Of a stretch of DNA of 64,000 nt, positions 26,733 through 39,068 are shown one piece after another. The stretch's first letter is position 1. Each line of letters opens with the position of its first letter. The stretch covers positions 10,168,001 through 10,232,000 of the forward strand of contig OX597820.1 of the NCBI GenBank assembly GCA_951406725.2, read 5' to 3'. The position numbers and the translations under genes are program-made. Below the pieces are notes generated by a model that made no database searches, was not told the DNA's origin, and was given only the letters and a program-made list of their open reading frames with translations. This DNA comes from Octopus vulgaris (taxonomy: Eukaryota).

Positions 26733-26975
26733 ACTCTTTTACTCCTTTACTTGTTTCAGTCACTTCACTGTTCATGCTGGAGCACCGTTTTAGCCGAACA
26801 AATTGACCCCAGGACTTATTCTTTGTAAGCCTAGAAATTATTCTATCCGTCTCTTGTGCCTAAACGCTAATTTACGGAGACATAAATACACCAACGTCAG
26901 TTGTCAAGCGATGGTGGGGGACAAGCACAGACACACAGACACACACACACAGACACACAGACACACATACACACA

Positions 26976-27067
<92 letters not shown>

Positions 27068-27490
27068 CGACAGCTTTCTTTCAGTTCTCATCTACCAAAT
27101 CCACTCACAAGGCTTTTTTCGGACCGAAGCTATACATAAGACACTTGCCCAAGGTGCCACGCAGTGAGACTGAACTCGGAACCATGTGGTTGGTAAGCAA
27201 GCTTCTTGCCACACAGCCACTCCTGCGCCTAATACATATAAAAATACACAGATACATACATAGACACCCACACACATATACATGCACGCACACACAAACA
27301 CACACACATACATAAGACACTTGCCCAAGGTGCCACGCAGTGAGACTGAACTCGGAACCATGTGGTTGGTAAGCAAGCTTCTTGCCACACAGCCACTCCT
27401 GCGCCTAATATATATAAAAATACACAGATACATACATAGACACCCATATGTATACATAGACACACATATACATGCACGCACACACAAACA
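26733..27490 (-). mobile_element. CORE-like SINE with local ~176-bp duplication of its head
   Basis: TACATAAGACACTTGCCCAAGG...CTCCTGCGCCT plus flank repeated at about 27132 and 27310. Confidence 0.85.
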
Positions 27491-27588
27491 CACACACATA
27501 CAAACACACATACACACAGACACACATATATATAAACATTTATATAAACATCAATTTGGAGATATTCATCTTACCACGTGACTTCTAT

Positions 27589-27664
27589 ATGATTACGCCC
27601 GTTTCGGAAACTTTTTCATGCACTATTTCTTTCAGCATACAAGACTATCGAGTCATCAGATTAC
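27589..27664 (-). ncRNA. Type I hammerhead motif with partly decayed stems
   Basis: GTAAT CTGATGA ... CC GAAAC GGGC GTA ATCAT. Confidence 0.6.
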
Positions 27665-27737
27665 CGTGTCATGATAGTTACATCAAGTGTTACTCGATTT
27701 TCTTAGTCCATGTCTTATACTACCCCTTCATATACGA

Positions 27738-28124
27738 CTAGCAGTATCGCCCGGCGTTGCTCGAGTTTGTTTCGACCCTTTAGAATTGGAATTTTTGAAA
27801 AGTGAAAGTTTTGCATTATGTAGCTTGTTATTCTTTTTAAGTGAACGTTTTTCTATTTGAAATACACCGAAAAATGGCGATACAGCAATAAAAAAATCGT
27901 TAAAAATAGGGATTTTCATAGAAGCACCTTTTTGATGTAAATAATTTTTGGTGTTAACATGGTCCAATTTGAATTTTTTCTTCTACGAAAGGAAGAGAAA
28001 GCCTTCTTCTATCATACTCTCAATTTTGGTCAACTTGTGCCGCAGGGTCTCGGAGGAGATAGTGTTAGTTGAAGGCTACCAAACCTGCCATACACAGACA
28101 ACTTCAGCTTTATATATATAGAGA
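27738..28124 (-). mobile_element. Non-autonomous Helitron, second copy
   Basis: Reverse-complement homologue of 22194-22582; TC start, CGAGCAACGCCGGGCG hairpin, CTAG end, A/T insertion site. Confidence 0.85.
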
Positions 28125-28265
28125 TATGTAGTTAAATTATTGAGAATTAATTGAAACGGCTGTAAGAAGCGAAGATGACTAATTTGTTAATAATAAATAA
28201 TTGTTAACTTCCTTATCTCCATTTTTTTCTCTTCCTTTAACTTTATACATACATACATACATACA

Positions 28266-28320
<55 letters not shown>

Positions 28321-29088
28321 CAATGTGTGTGTCTCTGTGTAGCTGTTCTCCTCATCGCTTGACAACTGGTGTTGGTTTGTTTATGTTTTTGTAATTTAAT
28401 GGTTCGGGGCAAAAGATGTCGACAGAAAAAGAACCAAAATTGATACGAAAAATAAGCACTAGTGTGGATTTTGTTCGAATGCACTCTCCAGTGTGGTGCT
28501 CCAGCTTGGCTGCAGTCTAAGATAAAAGAAGATGGTCATCGTAGTCTTGGGAAAATCTCGTGGCATGAGCATCATTCTGGTTAATCCAATTAATGAATTT
28601 TGACATTGCAGTAATTATAAATGAAAGTGGATACGGCTTTGAACTACTCGTATAAGAACATTTGAATCGAAGCAAATAAAACAGGAGACAAATACAGAGA
28701 GATAAACTGGATGTGGAATATAAAAGACCCTCAGCCTTTAATGAAAATATAGGCAGAAATGAGAGAGAGAGGGTGGAGGGGAGAACCGCACTACAGATAA
28801 TCGGCTCTTGTTAGATTCACAGGTGTGGGAATATGAGTGGCTGACGAAAGACATGTCAACACACCAGCCCACCAGAATCTCTTCTACTAAAACGTTGTGT
28901 GTGTTGCGAAAACACATTCATCGTAAAGGCAAAGTTGTTCTTCGCATCTGCCAAAAAATATCAATCATTATTTTGACTTTCGTCGTTTCGGGATCGATAA
29001 ATAAAGTACCGGAGAAAACCTGGGGTGGAGGTAATCCACTAGTCCCCTCACCAAAATTTCAGGCTTTCTGTCTATAGTAGAAAGGATA

Positions 29089-29161
<73 letters not shown>

Positions 29162-29163
<2 letters not shown>

Positions 29164-29716
29164 GAGTGAGAGAGCAGTGCATGCCATCAAAGTGACACTG
29201 GGGTAAAATATACGAAGCCCAGTATACCCATCATGACTACCCGTCTGATAAGGGTACACTAGGCACATGCATCACAACCATATGTGTGCGACATGGTGAT
29301 CTCATATCAAGATAAACAGCACATGACCTTGTAGGTGGGTACAGTTAGAATTTTCTTCTGGTCGAGTAGCCCATCCCGCTCAAAGATCCCTGAATAAAGG
29401 TTGTTTAAGGATGTTGAACGAAACACCCCTGTTTCTAAAGGTGAATTATTCAAACCCCAAAGAATCCCTCTCAACACATGGCTATGATGCTCCCCCACTA
29501 CAGCTGCTCGTGATCAGAGATGCACATATCGTCAGCCACTAAGAGACACGCTCAACTGGTTAAGGTCAAACAACTGACAAGCAAATCTGTGGTATTGAGC
29601 AGAATATTTGCTGTGGCCCATCTTTTATACCAAGATAAAACAATGTACATGATAACACTTGCAATCAGTTAAGATCAGAAGCCATGAGAGCCACTGCCTG
29701 GTACTTCATCTGGACA
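29162..29716. mobile_element. ~550-bp non-coding interspersed repeat embedded in (ATT)n
   Basis: Second, inverted copy at 58524-59243; both bounded by trinucleotide tracts. Confidence 0.75.
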
Positions 29717-29784
<68 letters not shown>

Positions 29785-29901
29785 CATTATTATTATTATT
29801 AAGGCGGTGAGCTGGCAGAATGATCTTCTCTGCTCTAGGTTTACGGAAAACACTCGGCGAGAAACGGAAGAAAATTTGAAGTAAGAAGGAAAAAAAATAG
29901 T

Positions 29902-29949
<48 letters not shown>

Positions 29950-29987
29950 TATTATTATTATCCACAGATTATTATCCACAGATTATG

Positions 29988-30514
29988 GAATAACAACAGA
30001 AAAAAGATGGTATAGGCACACACCAGAAAAGGTCACAGAAAACGAGAAAGCAACCATACTCTGGGATATGCCGATACACACAGATAGAGAAATTAAGGCC
30101 AACAGACCAGATATAGTTGTCAGAGATCATAAAGAAAAAAATGCTTTCTAATTGATGTATCAATACCGGCAGATGACAACGTGTCTCTAAAAGAAATGGA
30201 GAAACTCTCAAAATACAAAGACCTGGAAATAGAGGTAACTAGAATGTGGAATCTGAAAACAGAAACAATTCCTATCATAGTAGGTGCATTAGGCATGATA
30301 AAAAAATATTCAGACAAATACATAACAAAAACACCAGGACTTACAAACACATATAACATACAGAAAATTGCACTACTAGGCACTGCACACATCCTACGCA
30401 GAACACTTTCCATACAATAACCATCAGAGCATCACAACAAATCACAGCACATACCCAAGGCACACAGAGCTGCGCTCGGTAGTGAAGTGAAAGCACGCTA
30501 TAAAAATAAAACTA

Positions 30515-30520
<6 letters not shown>
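29988..30520 (+). mobile_element. 5'-truncated R4/Dong-like element (endonuclease C-terminus, 3' UTR, (TAA)n)
   Basis: WDMPIHTDREIKANRPDIVV, EKLSKYKDLEIEVTRMW, IIVGALG, ALLGTAHILRRTLS*. Confidence 0.9.
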
Positions 30521-30577
<57 letters not shown>

Positions 30578-31889
30578 CATTATTGTTTGGAAAAGCATAA
30601 TATAGAGTTATTTTCGTATTGGAAAAAGTGTTATTAAATTGCGGTGTTGAATAACGTTTTATTGTTGACTGTGTCATTGTGTTCTGAGATTATGAAGAAA
30701 CGTTGTAATCTTGGCGTCTTGGAAATAAACGTATTTTCAAAAAAATTTTTTTTTTTCAAATTACAGGAATAAGAAACTAATAGCACACAAAGCTTGAGCA
30801 TAATCATCAGTGAGATAAATAGAATTAAAGTCAACTTGGAATCAACTCCAATTCCTGGCTTTGCTTTACATTATATTTTTTTTTTACTTGTTATTTAATA
30901 CTCAAATTCCAACTGTACACGGTGATTTATGAATGACTGGAATTTAATAGGGTCCATTGTATAATGCCAGGTTTCTTGAAATTGGAGATAAATACACGTT
31001 GCGACGAAGGATTTAAACGTGAGTCCAAGAGATATTTATTCTCGGCTGAATCTAGTTAGGTAAATACGAAGAACAGAAAATAAATACAAGACATTAAAAA
31101 GAAAAAAATAACACAACTTACTGAATAATCAAACAGTTTGTTTTATATTATTTGTTGTTAATTTAGTCTTTTGTTGTAACAGATTTTAAAATAAATTGTG
31201 TCAAAATGTAGGGGAGAGGTAGTGTCTCTGTGAACTGTGTTGTAGAATTATCTCTTATTTCAAATTCCATTTGAAATATTGTCGTTTTTTATTCTTTTAT
31301 CTGCGAATGATATTATAAGCAACAGAAATAATCAGATAATTTTGACTACTTTTTTTCTACCAGAAAATAGTTATTTTATTTCGTAATAAGTAAAATCTGA
31401 CATTGTAAACTACTAAATTAACCATCAGTTTCTAGTTGGTGGATCGCTTTGAACTTGTTTTGTTTCGTCTCTATCAATTCTTTGGGGGTGGGGGAAAGGC
31501 ATTAATACATTTACCCAGACAAAACGCAAAGCGACTCATGGCATTAAAACCCGACGACTCTTTAGTCGAGTGTCTAATGACATGATTTAAATATAAATGA
31601 GCCAAGAAAAATAATTTGGGGGTGAGTGACATATAATTGTACAACATATATAAATAGAAGTATAGCGACGATCACACAGCATAAATTTTTGATTTATTGA
31701 AATTATCTCCACCTCTAGAGGTTGTAGCATAATTACCAAGTGGCAACTAAGACCAGCTCCTCTTGAGAACAGGAGATAAACTCAAGATTCCAGTATTCTC
31801 CAAAATTGACATGACATTAAGGAAAAGGACTGGGTTATTGTCTGGAGATAAGAAGACAGTACTAAACATGTATTTCTGCCTCAATAACC

Positions 31890-32122
31890 TATTTCTTTAC
31901 TACCCACAAGGGGCTAAACACAGAGAGGACAAATAAGGACAGATAAAAGGATTAAGTCGATTATATCAACCCCTGAGCGTAACTGGTACTTATTTAATCA
32001 ACCCCGAAAGAATGAAAGGCAAAGTCGACCTCGGCAGAATTTGAACTCAGAACTTAGCAGCAGACGAAATACCACTCAGCATTTCGCCCGGCGTGCTAAC
32101 ATTTCTGCCAGTTCACCACCTT
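31890..32122 (-). mobile_element. Young Deu/Nin SINE monomer with 16-bp TSD
   Basis: TSD TTCTGCCTCAATAACC at 31874-31889 and 32126-32141. Confidence 0.9.
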
Positions 32123-33003
32123 TTATTCTGCCTCAATAACCGTCATCAACCCGACAATTGTCCAGACTTATCTCCAGTTTTTCTCCTTAGTCGAAGACCT
32201 TTTGACTAAGATAAACTTATTCTCTGAAAATAAGGGAACCGTCGTTGACATGTGTTTCTGGCTCAATAGCCATCAGCAGTATAATTGTCCGACCTAATCC
32301 CCACTAGCAGGGACTTAGTATTTATAAAGAAAAAATGGAAAAATCTCACACATTTGTGGACTTTATAATTTGCACAATTTAACCAAAAATGCGCTAAGGG
32401 AAGTAACTCAGCGTAGTCAAGGATTTTTTTATGGTATATGATATACCTATATTTGTCTACGTTTAACGATATATACTTCAGGCTGTTAGTATCTCTCACT
32501 TTATCGCTGATAGTATAATTTGATGAGAAGTTTGAGTCAAAATTGAAAGCACCCTTCCGTAGTCAATATATAAATAGTTGTAGTTTTAATTTTGTTAGTA
32601 GCTTTCGTAGTTTCTTCAAATGTCCAAACATAATACGACAAAAGCTGGAAAGAACTGTTTTGGTTCTGCCTTTAGAAAACATCTTTGAGTATTATCAAAA
32701 AACCTGAGTGAATGAATTGGCAAAAATCTAAGTGTGAATACCAATGTTTTTCAAAAGCCAAGTGAAAGAATCGTAAACAAGGAAATACGAGATGATAAAA
32801 CAGATTAAGAAGGCAAAATAATAGTCGTAGTCATGATGGTGGTGGTGGTGGTGGTAGTCGTCGTCGTCGTAGTTGTAGTTATATTAATAAAGATACTTTT
32901 CCTTATTATCCTCCTTTTTACACGATCTTTTATGCAAGTCCTCATTGTTTCGTCATGTACGGGCTTCAATGGTTTTGTGAATCCTTGGTAGATGATAAAA
33001 AAA

Positions 33004-33342
33004 TTCTTCTTCTTCTTCTTCTTCTTCTTCTTCTTCTTCTTCTTCTTCTTCTTCTTCTTCTTCTTCTTCTTCTTCTTCGTCTTCGTCTTCCTTTCCTTCT
33101 TCCTTTCCTTCTTCTACTTCTCCTACTGCTCCTTCTTCTTCAACTTATCCTTCTTCCTCTTTTTTCTTCTTCTTCTTCTTCTTCTTCTTCTTCTTCTTCT
33201 TCTCTTTCCTCTTTCTTCTTCTTCTTCTTCTTCTCTTTCCTCTTTCTTCTTCTTCTTCTTCTTCTTCTTCTTCTTCCTCCTCCTCCTCCTCCTCCTCCTC
33301 CTCCTCCTCCTCCTCTTCTTCTTCTTCTTCTTCTTCTTCTTC
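33004..33342. repeat. (CTT)n/(CCT)n polypyrimidine tract
   Basis: Visible directly in the sequence. Confidence 0.95.
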
Positions 33343-33439
33343 TCATTATTATTACTATTGTTTTGCATTACTTCTCATAATATTCGGTCATGTCTGTCCT
33401 AGTTGATTCTGTGAGAGCGGACAGCATCCTGCTGTCAGA

Positions 33440-34730
33440 GGTCTCTCAGGGTCTCTCTCCGCACATTATAAGCTTTGATACCTGGTTGTTAATTGTCGTG
33501 GGAAACATTCAAAGTAGGAATCGCCAAGTACGAATCTCAAAATCTTAGCTGTCCCCAGCAGCGCAGTTCTTTGGACTTGCTCTGCTCTCATGTCAATTCC
33601 CGAGTACCCCTATAACTACTAGAATGAAAGACGCTCTCCTCATAGTCCACCTTCTTACAATGTCATCGGTACTTTTCAGTCTTTTCTAGTTCTTTGTCAC
33701 TTAGGTGTGTATCTCAATTATTGCAAAATCTATGATTTTGGCTTACTTTTTTTCCCCTTTATCTACCACAACTGGTTACTGAGTATCGGTTAGGGAGTCA
33801 CTCTGGATTCTAAAAATCCCACGGTATCTTATGTCTCTTGTTCTCGGTGACTCCTTCAGGTTCCTGTTCGTACCATTTCCGTGTTTTATTCAGGCCGTAC
33901 TTTTCACATAGCCTCCAGTGGACGAACTTAGCCACGTTATCGTTCCTCCTTTTGCAGTGCTTTTGTCCCATCTTGCTACACTCACTCACAATATGTGAGA
34001 CTGTTTCGTTTCTGCTACCACACATTCTACAAAGGGACGATTCTCTATTCTTATCTATTTGGAACTTGGTGTAATTAGTTCTCAGAGCTCGTTCTTGGGC
34101 GCTGCATATCAATGTCTCAGTGCAGTCCCTCAGATCACCTCTTTTTAGCCATCTCCAAGTATTGATCTTGTCTCTTCCTTCAATTTCTCTGAGGTATTGA
34201 CCATGTAACGGTTTTATTTTCCAGTCATTTACTCTTTCTTCTTCATCTGGTTTCTTAAATGTTTGTTGCTGCATCGCATTTTCGGTAGGTATTATAGTGT
34301 TAATTTTAACAGCGGTAAACAAAGATGCCAGACAGTTCTTCTTGTTGACAACATAGATCTTGCATCTTATGAGACCGCTTCCACCCCTGTTCCTAGGAAC
34401 ACGCTGTCTGTCAATATCGCTTTTGGGGTGTAGTTCATTAATTGTCATCACTTTTCTAGTTTTCCTCTTCATTTCCTCAAGCACATTCTTTGTCCATCTT
34501 ACAACACCTGCGCCGTATCGCATTAATGAAACAGACCATCTGTTCATTGCTCTGATTTTATTTTCTCCATTGAGTCTTCTTCCAATAATTAACTTGGTTC
34601 TTCAGAGATATTCTTGCCTAAAGCTTTTTTTGCATTTCATTTTCCTTGATTTTGTCGTATTCTAAAATCCCCAGATATTCACATCCATTTGTCTCAATAT
34701 CCTTGATTTTCTCGCCGTTGTGTAGCCTCT
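33440..34730 (-). pseudogene. Decayed R4/Dong-like element, distinct family
   Basis: ORF 33810-34547: LHPKSDIDR..VPRNRGGSGL, LHGQY, AQERAL, CRMCGSRNETVSHIVSEC, WDF; endonuclease remnants downstream. Confidence 0.9.
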
Positions 34731-34775
34731 TGGTATTATAAACATACATTTTTTTAGTCCACAATTACGATTATT

Positions 34776-34816
34776 ATGATTATTACGATGATGATCGTCA
34801 TCATCATGATCATGAT

Positions 34817-34861
<45 letters not shown>

Positions 34862-34949
34862 TCTTATTATTATTATCATCATCATTATTATTATTATTAT
34901 TATCATCATTATTATTATAATTATTATTATTATTATTACTATCATCATC

Positions 34950-35005
<56 letters not shown>

Positions 35006-35028
35006 CATCATTATTATTATTATTATTA

Positions 35029-35116
<88 letters not shown>

Positions 35117-35139
35117 CATCATTATTATTATTATTATTA

Positions 35140-35199
<60 letters not shown>

Positions 35200-35327
35200 G
35201 GCCGGGGTCGACTTTGCCTTTCATCCTTTCGACGTCGATAAACTAAGTACCAGTTACACGCTGGGGTCGATGTAATCGACTAATCACCTTCTCCCAAATT
35301 TCTGGCCATGTGCCTATAGTAGATAGG

Positions 35328-35398
<71 letters not shown>

Positions 35399-35412
35399 CA
35401 TTATTATTATCA

Positions 35413-35455
<43 letters not shown>

Positions 35456-35512
35456 CATTATTATTATTATTATCATTATTATTATTATTATCATTATTAT
35501 TATTATTATTAT
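34776..35512. repeat. Long (ATT/ATC)n tract interrupted by a Deu/Nin SINE fragment (35198-35327)
   Basis: Visible directly; source of the poly-Ile ORFs. Confidence 0.95.
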
Positions 35513-35736
35513 TCTATGTTTGACTTTTGCTTTATATTTGTACAAGTTGGCTCCAAGTCTCACCCAGAGACCTCAAGAGACAACAGGGTTGGAAGTTCAT
35601 GTTGTTGTTATGCCTAGTGTGCCATATATTTGGGGGGTGGGGATGTTGTACTAATGAATGTCTAAAAAGAAAAAAAAAAGGTTTTTTTTTTTTTTTTTTT
35701 TTAAACCGAAAATTATGTTTGTTTTAAACCTTGAGA

Positions 35737-38700
35737 TTACATAGAGAGTATTTTGCGTAGGATATGAGCAGTTCCCATGAGCACTATCTTTTGAACTTCT
35801 GCCATTTTTGGGTTTCCTGGTATCTGAGTTAGGTAGCTATCAGCCCCTTTTGCTATCATTCCCAGGGCACCTATGACAACAGGTATTGTTTTAGTCTTCA
35901 GCTTCCACATTTTGCTGATTTCTATTTCAAGATCTTTATATTTGCTCAGTTTTTGGTAGGTCTTGACAGATACGTTTATATCGATTGGGACAGTCATATC
36001 AATGAGGAGGCATGTTCTTTGTTTGAAGTTTTTCAATATGATGTCTGGCCTATTTGCATCTATCTTCCTGTCAGTTTGAATGGTGAAGTTCCAGAGGAGT
36101 GAGATGTGGTCATTTTCAAGCACTGGGGGTGGTTTGTGTTCCCACCAGTTTTTTTCATGGGGCAAATCCAGGTTTTTACAGATTACCCAGTGAATATATT
36201 GTGCAGCTCTATCGTGCCTGTTGAGATACTCTGTAGGCGCTAGAAGACTGCACTTGGAGACCACATGGTCAATGGTTTCATTTTGTTGCTTGCATACACG
36301 ACAAGTTGGACTGCTTCTGATCTTTAATATGTTGGCCTGGTAGTTTCTTGTTGGTAGGCATTGATCTTGAGCTGCTATGATAAACCCCTCTGTTTCAGAT
36401 TTTAAGCCAGAGGCCATTAGCCATTGATGGGTCAGGGCTTTGTCGATATCTGCATTATTCGCTCTCTTTGGGTATTTGCCATAGAGAGGTTTTTCTTGCC
36501 ATTTATTATTCAGAATATCTAAGGCCGCAGTTTTGGCACGGGTTTTCATGCGCCTAGCTTTTTCTGTGCTTGTTTCTTGTATATCTATCTCTAATTCCGA
36601 AATTGGTTGTATTCGGAATTCACTTAGATATTCCTTTGCCTGTTTTGTGACTGAGTATGATGCTTTCTTGTTTTCATGTTTTGAGACAAGTTTTAGCATC
36701 CAGTCCTCAGAGTTTTTCAGGTAGGTGTCTAGGCCAATTGTAGCAATCTTCATTGTTATTGCCAGTTGCAAAAGACCACGGCCTCCCTCTTTTCTTGGCA
36801 GATAGAGTCGTTCTGTATCTGCCTTAGGGTGGTGCATTCTATGCATTGTCAACAGTTTCCTTATTTTTCTGTCGAGCTGACATATTTCAGTAATTGACCA
36901 GTTAACAATATTGAAACTGTAAGTCACGACTGGTATAGCTAATGCATTGATTGCTTCGATCCTGTTTCTTGCATTCAGCTCTGTCTTGAGTATTGCTCTC
37001 ACTCTTCGATAGCATTCTCTCCTGATCCTTTCCTTCATCTCTGAATGCCTTATTCCGTTCCCTTCAATTATCCCTAGGTACTTGTAGCTCTCCGCTGGGT
37101 CTAGTTCTTTTATGACATTCTGTTGGTCAAGGTTAACGTTAGATGTTTCTGTCATTTTTCCTTTGATAAAGGTAGCCTTTGCACATTTATCGAGGCCGAA
37201 TTGCATTCTGATGTCGTCACTGAATTGTTTGACTATCGCTAGTAAGCCCTTGAGTTGTTGATCATTTTTTGCAAAAAGCTTTAAATCATCCATGTAAACG
37301 AGATGATTTATATTTTTATCAAACATTTTATACCCGTACTGCGCGTCATTGAGCAGCTTTGAGAGAGGTATTAAGGATAAACAAAAGAGGAGTGGTGACA
37401 GTGAGTCACCCTGGAAAATGCCACACGAAATTTTTACATCACCAGCATTTAGGGATTCACTGTCACTGTTCAGAGTTAGTGTGGTTCTCCATGATCTCAT
37501 ACTTACAGTCAAGAAGTTTCGCAGAGTTGGTGCTATCTTATACATTTCAAGGCATTTCCTAATCCAGCTATGTGGTAGGCTATCAAAAGCCTTTTTATAG
37601 TCTATCCAGGCTATTGATAAGTTTTTGTGTCGTTTGTGACAATCTTCTAAGATCATCTTATTGATGAGTAGTTGGTCTTTACAGCCGTAGGATCCACGTT
37701 TACATCCTTTCTGTTCATTAGGGAATATGCTGCTGTCTGTTAAAAAACTATAGGTATATTCCGTCAGGACAGATGTTAGTGTTTTGTACATAGTTGTTAA
37801 GCAAGTTATGGGTCTATAGTTTTTTGGTTCATTTGTTTCTTCACTTTTTGGAAGCAGGAATGTTAACCCATTAACTAGCCAAGGAGGCATCCTACTAGGG
37901 TGTTGCAAAACATCATTGTACAGTTCTGTTAGCAGTTCATGGCTCTCTGGGAAGGCATTCAGCCAGAAGTTAGGAATTTTATCCTTTCCTGGAGACTTCC
38001 ATTTGCTTGACCTCCTGAGAGCAGATCTTATATCTTCTACCTTGACACCCTCCCACTTTTGCTCTTCTAAGGGGTCCAGTTCTGTAGATATTCTGTCAAT
38101 CCAGGGGGCCTTTTCGTTGTGTGTTTTTTCTTCTGCCCAGATTTTATTCCAAAATCTCTGCACTTCTTCTTTTGATGGTACAGACCCTGCAGTAAACGCT
38201 GTTTTTCCCATCTTCCTGTAAAAATTCTTGGTGTTATTTTTGAACATGTTGTTGTCCTTGAAAAATCTAACACGCTTTTCATACCTCGCTATGCGGGCAG
38301 CTTTGGCAGATACCTTTTGTTTGATGGTTTCTATGGTGGCATCAATATCAAGTATAGTTTTCATATTGTATTTTTTCAGTAATTTTGGGGTTTTTGTAGG
38401 TTTGGTAATCTTGTGAGCCTTAAGGTTTTTCAAATATTCAATGTCAGATCTAAATATTTTAATTTGTTGTTGCAGACGCTCTTGCCAAGAAGGCTTTTTG
38501 TGGGACTGTTGCCGTTTTCTAATCTTTACACCACATAGGATCGTTGAGATTTTCGCGGATGCATAGTATAGGTGGTTGAGGTTTGTGATATCAACATCAT
38601 TAACTGAAATTATATCCTTAAGTGCAAGCCGGATTTTACCAATTATTTTCATGTTTTGGTTAGAGTTGCGGATTTTAGGAAGTGTATCACGCTCATCCAT

Positions 38701-38958
38701 GCTGGTTTCTTTAATTTTCAGCCATTCAATCATGATTTGATTTTTTAGCTCATGTAGTTCTGTTGGGTCAATATTTGTGTGACTTTCTTTATCTATTTGA
38801 TGCTCATCTGTCTTAGTGTTTATGATTGGTTCAGGGCGTATTTCACTTTGCCTATCACTTATACTAACTCTTTCAATCCTCTCTTCGTTTTTATCCGCCC
38901 TGGGCTGGTCTATAATCATTTCCTCTGTATTATCTTCTCTAGCTGCAGCTTCGTTCAT
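35737..38958 (-). CDS. Reverse transcriptase / restriction-like endonuclease polyprotein (R4/Dong type), 1073 aa as called
   Basis: KSPGKDKIPNFWL, NYRPITCL, EQKGC, IDYKKAFDSLPH, GIFQGDSLSP, YMDD, YKYLG, LYLPRKEGGRGL, CCHC knuckle CRVC...H....C, RHD, RPD...D...K nuclease motif. Confidence 0.95.
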   Translation of the reverse strand: MNEAAAREDNTEEMIIDQPRADKNEERIERVSISDRQSEIRPEPIINTKTDEHQIDKESHTNIDPTELHELKNQIMIEWLKIKETSMDERDTLPKIRNSNQNMKIIGKIRLALKDIISVNDVDITNLNHLYYASAKISTILCGVKIRKRQQSHKKPSWQERLQQQIKIFRSDIEYLKNLKAHKITKPTKTPKLLKKYNMKTILDIDATIETIKQKVSAKAARIARYEKRVRFFKDNNMFKNNTKNFYRKMGKTAFTAGSVPSKEEVQRFWNKIWAEEKTHNEKAPWIDRISTELDPLEEQKWEGVKVEDIRSALRRSSKWKSPGKDKIPNFWLNAFPESHELLTELYNDVLQHPSRMPPWLVNGLTFLLPKSEETNEPKNYRPITCLTTMYKTLTSVLTEYTYSFLTDSSIFPNEQKGCKRGSYGCKDQLLINKMILEDCHKRHKNLSIAWIDYKKAFDSLPHSWIRKCLEMYKIAPTLRNFLTVSMRSWRTTLTLNSDSESLNAGDVKISCGIFQGDSLSPLLFCLSLIPLSKLLNDAQYGYKMFDKNINHLVYMDDLKLFAKNDQQLKGLLAIVKQFSDDIRMQFGLDKCAKATFIKGKMTETSNVNLDQQNVIKELDPAESYKYLGIIEGNGIRHSEMKERIRRECYRRVRAILKTELNARNRIEAINALAIPVVTYSFNIVNWSITEICQLDRKIRKLLTMHRMHHPKADTERLYLPRKEGGRGLLQLAITMKIATIGLDTYLKNSEDWMLKLVSKHENKKASYSVTKQAKEYLSEFRIQPISELEIDIQETSTEKARRMKTRAKTAALDILNNKWQEKPLYGKYPKRANNADIDKALTHQWLMASGLKSETEGFIIAAQDQCLPTRNYQANILKIRSSPTCRVCKQQNETIDHVVSKCSLLAPTEYLNRHDRAAQYIHWVICKNLDLPHEKNWWEHKPPPVLENDHISLLWNFTIQTDRKIDANRPDIILKNFKQRTCLLIDMTVPIDINVSVKTYQKLSKYKDLEIEISKMWKLKTKTIPVVIGALGMIAKGADSYLTQIPGNPKMAEVQKIVLMGTAHILRKILSM

Positions 38959-39068
38959 TTTATCCGATATTGCTTGTCTAACCTGATCAATCTCTACTTC
39001 AGTCAGTAATTTCTTTTTTATAATGTTTCTTCTAACATTGGCAAGCTTGTTACTGTCTATGTAGGGTC

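Noticed and set aside
29660-29716. Short resemblance to U2 snRNA pieces (ATCAGTTAAGATC, CCTGGTACT)
   Set aside because: Matches are short and not collinear with U2; no Sm site or branch-pairing region.
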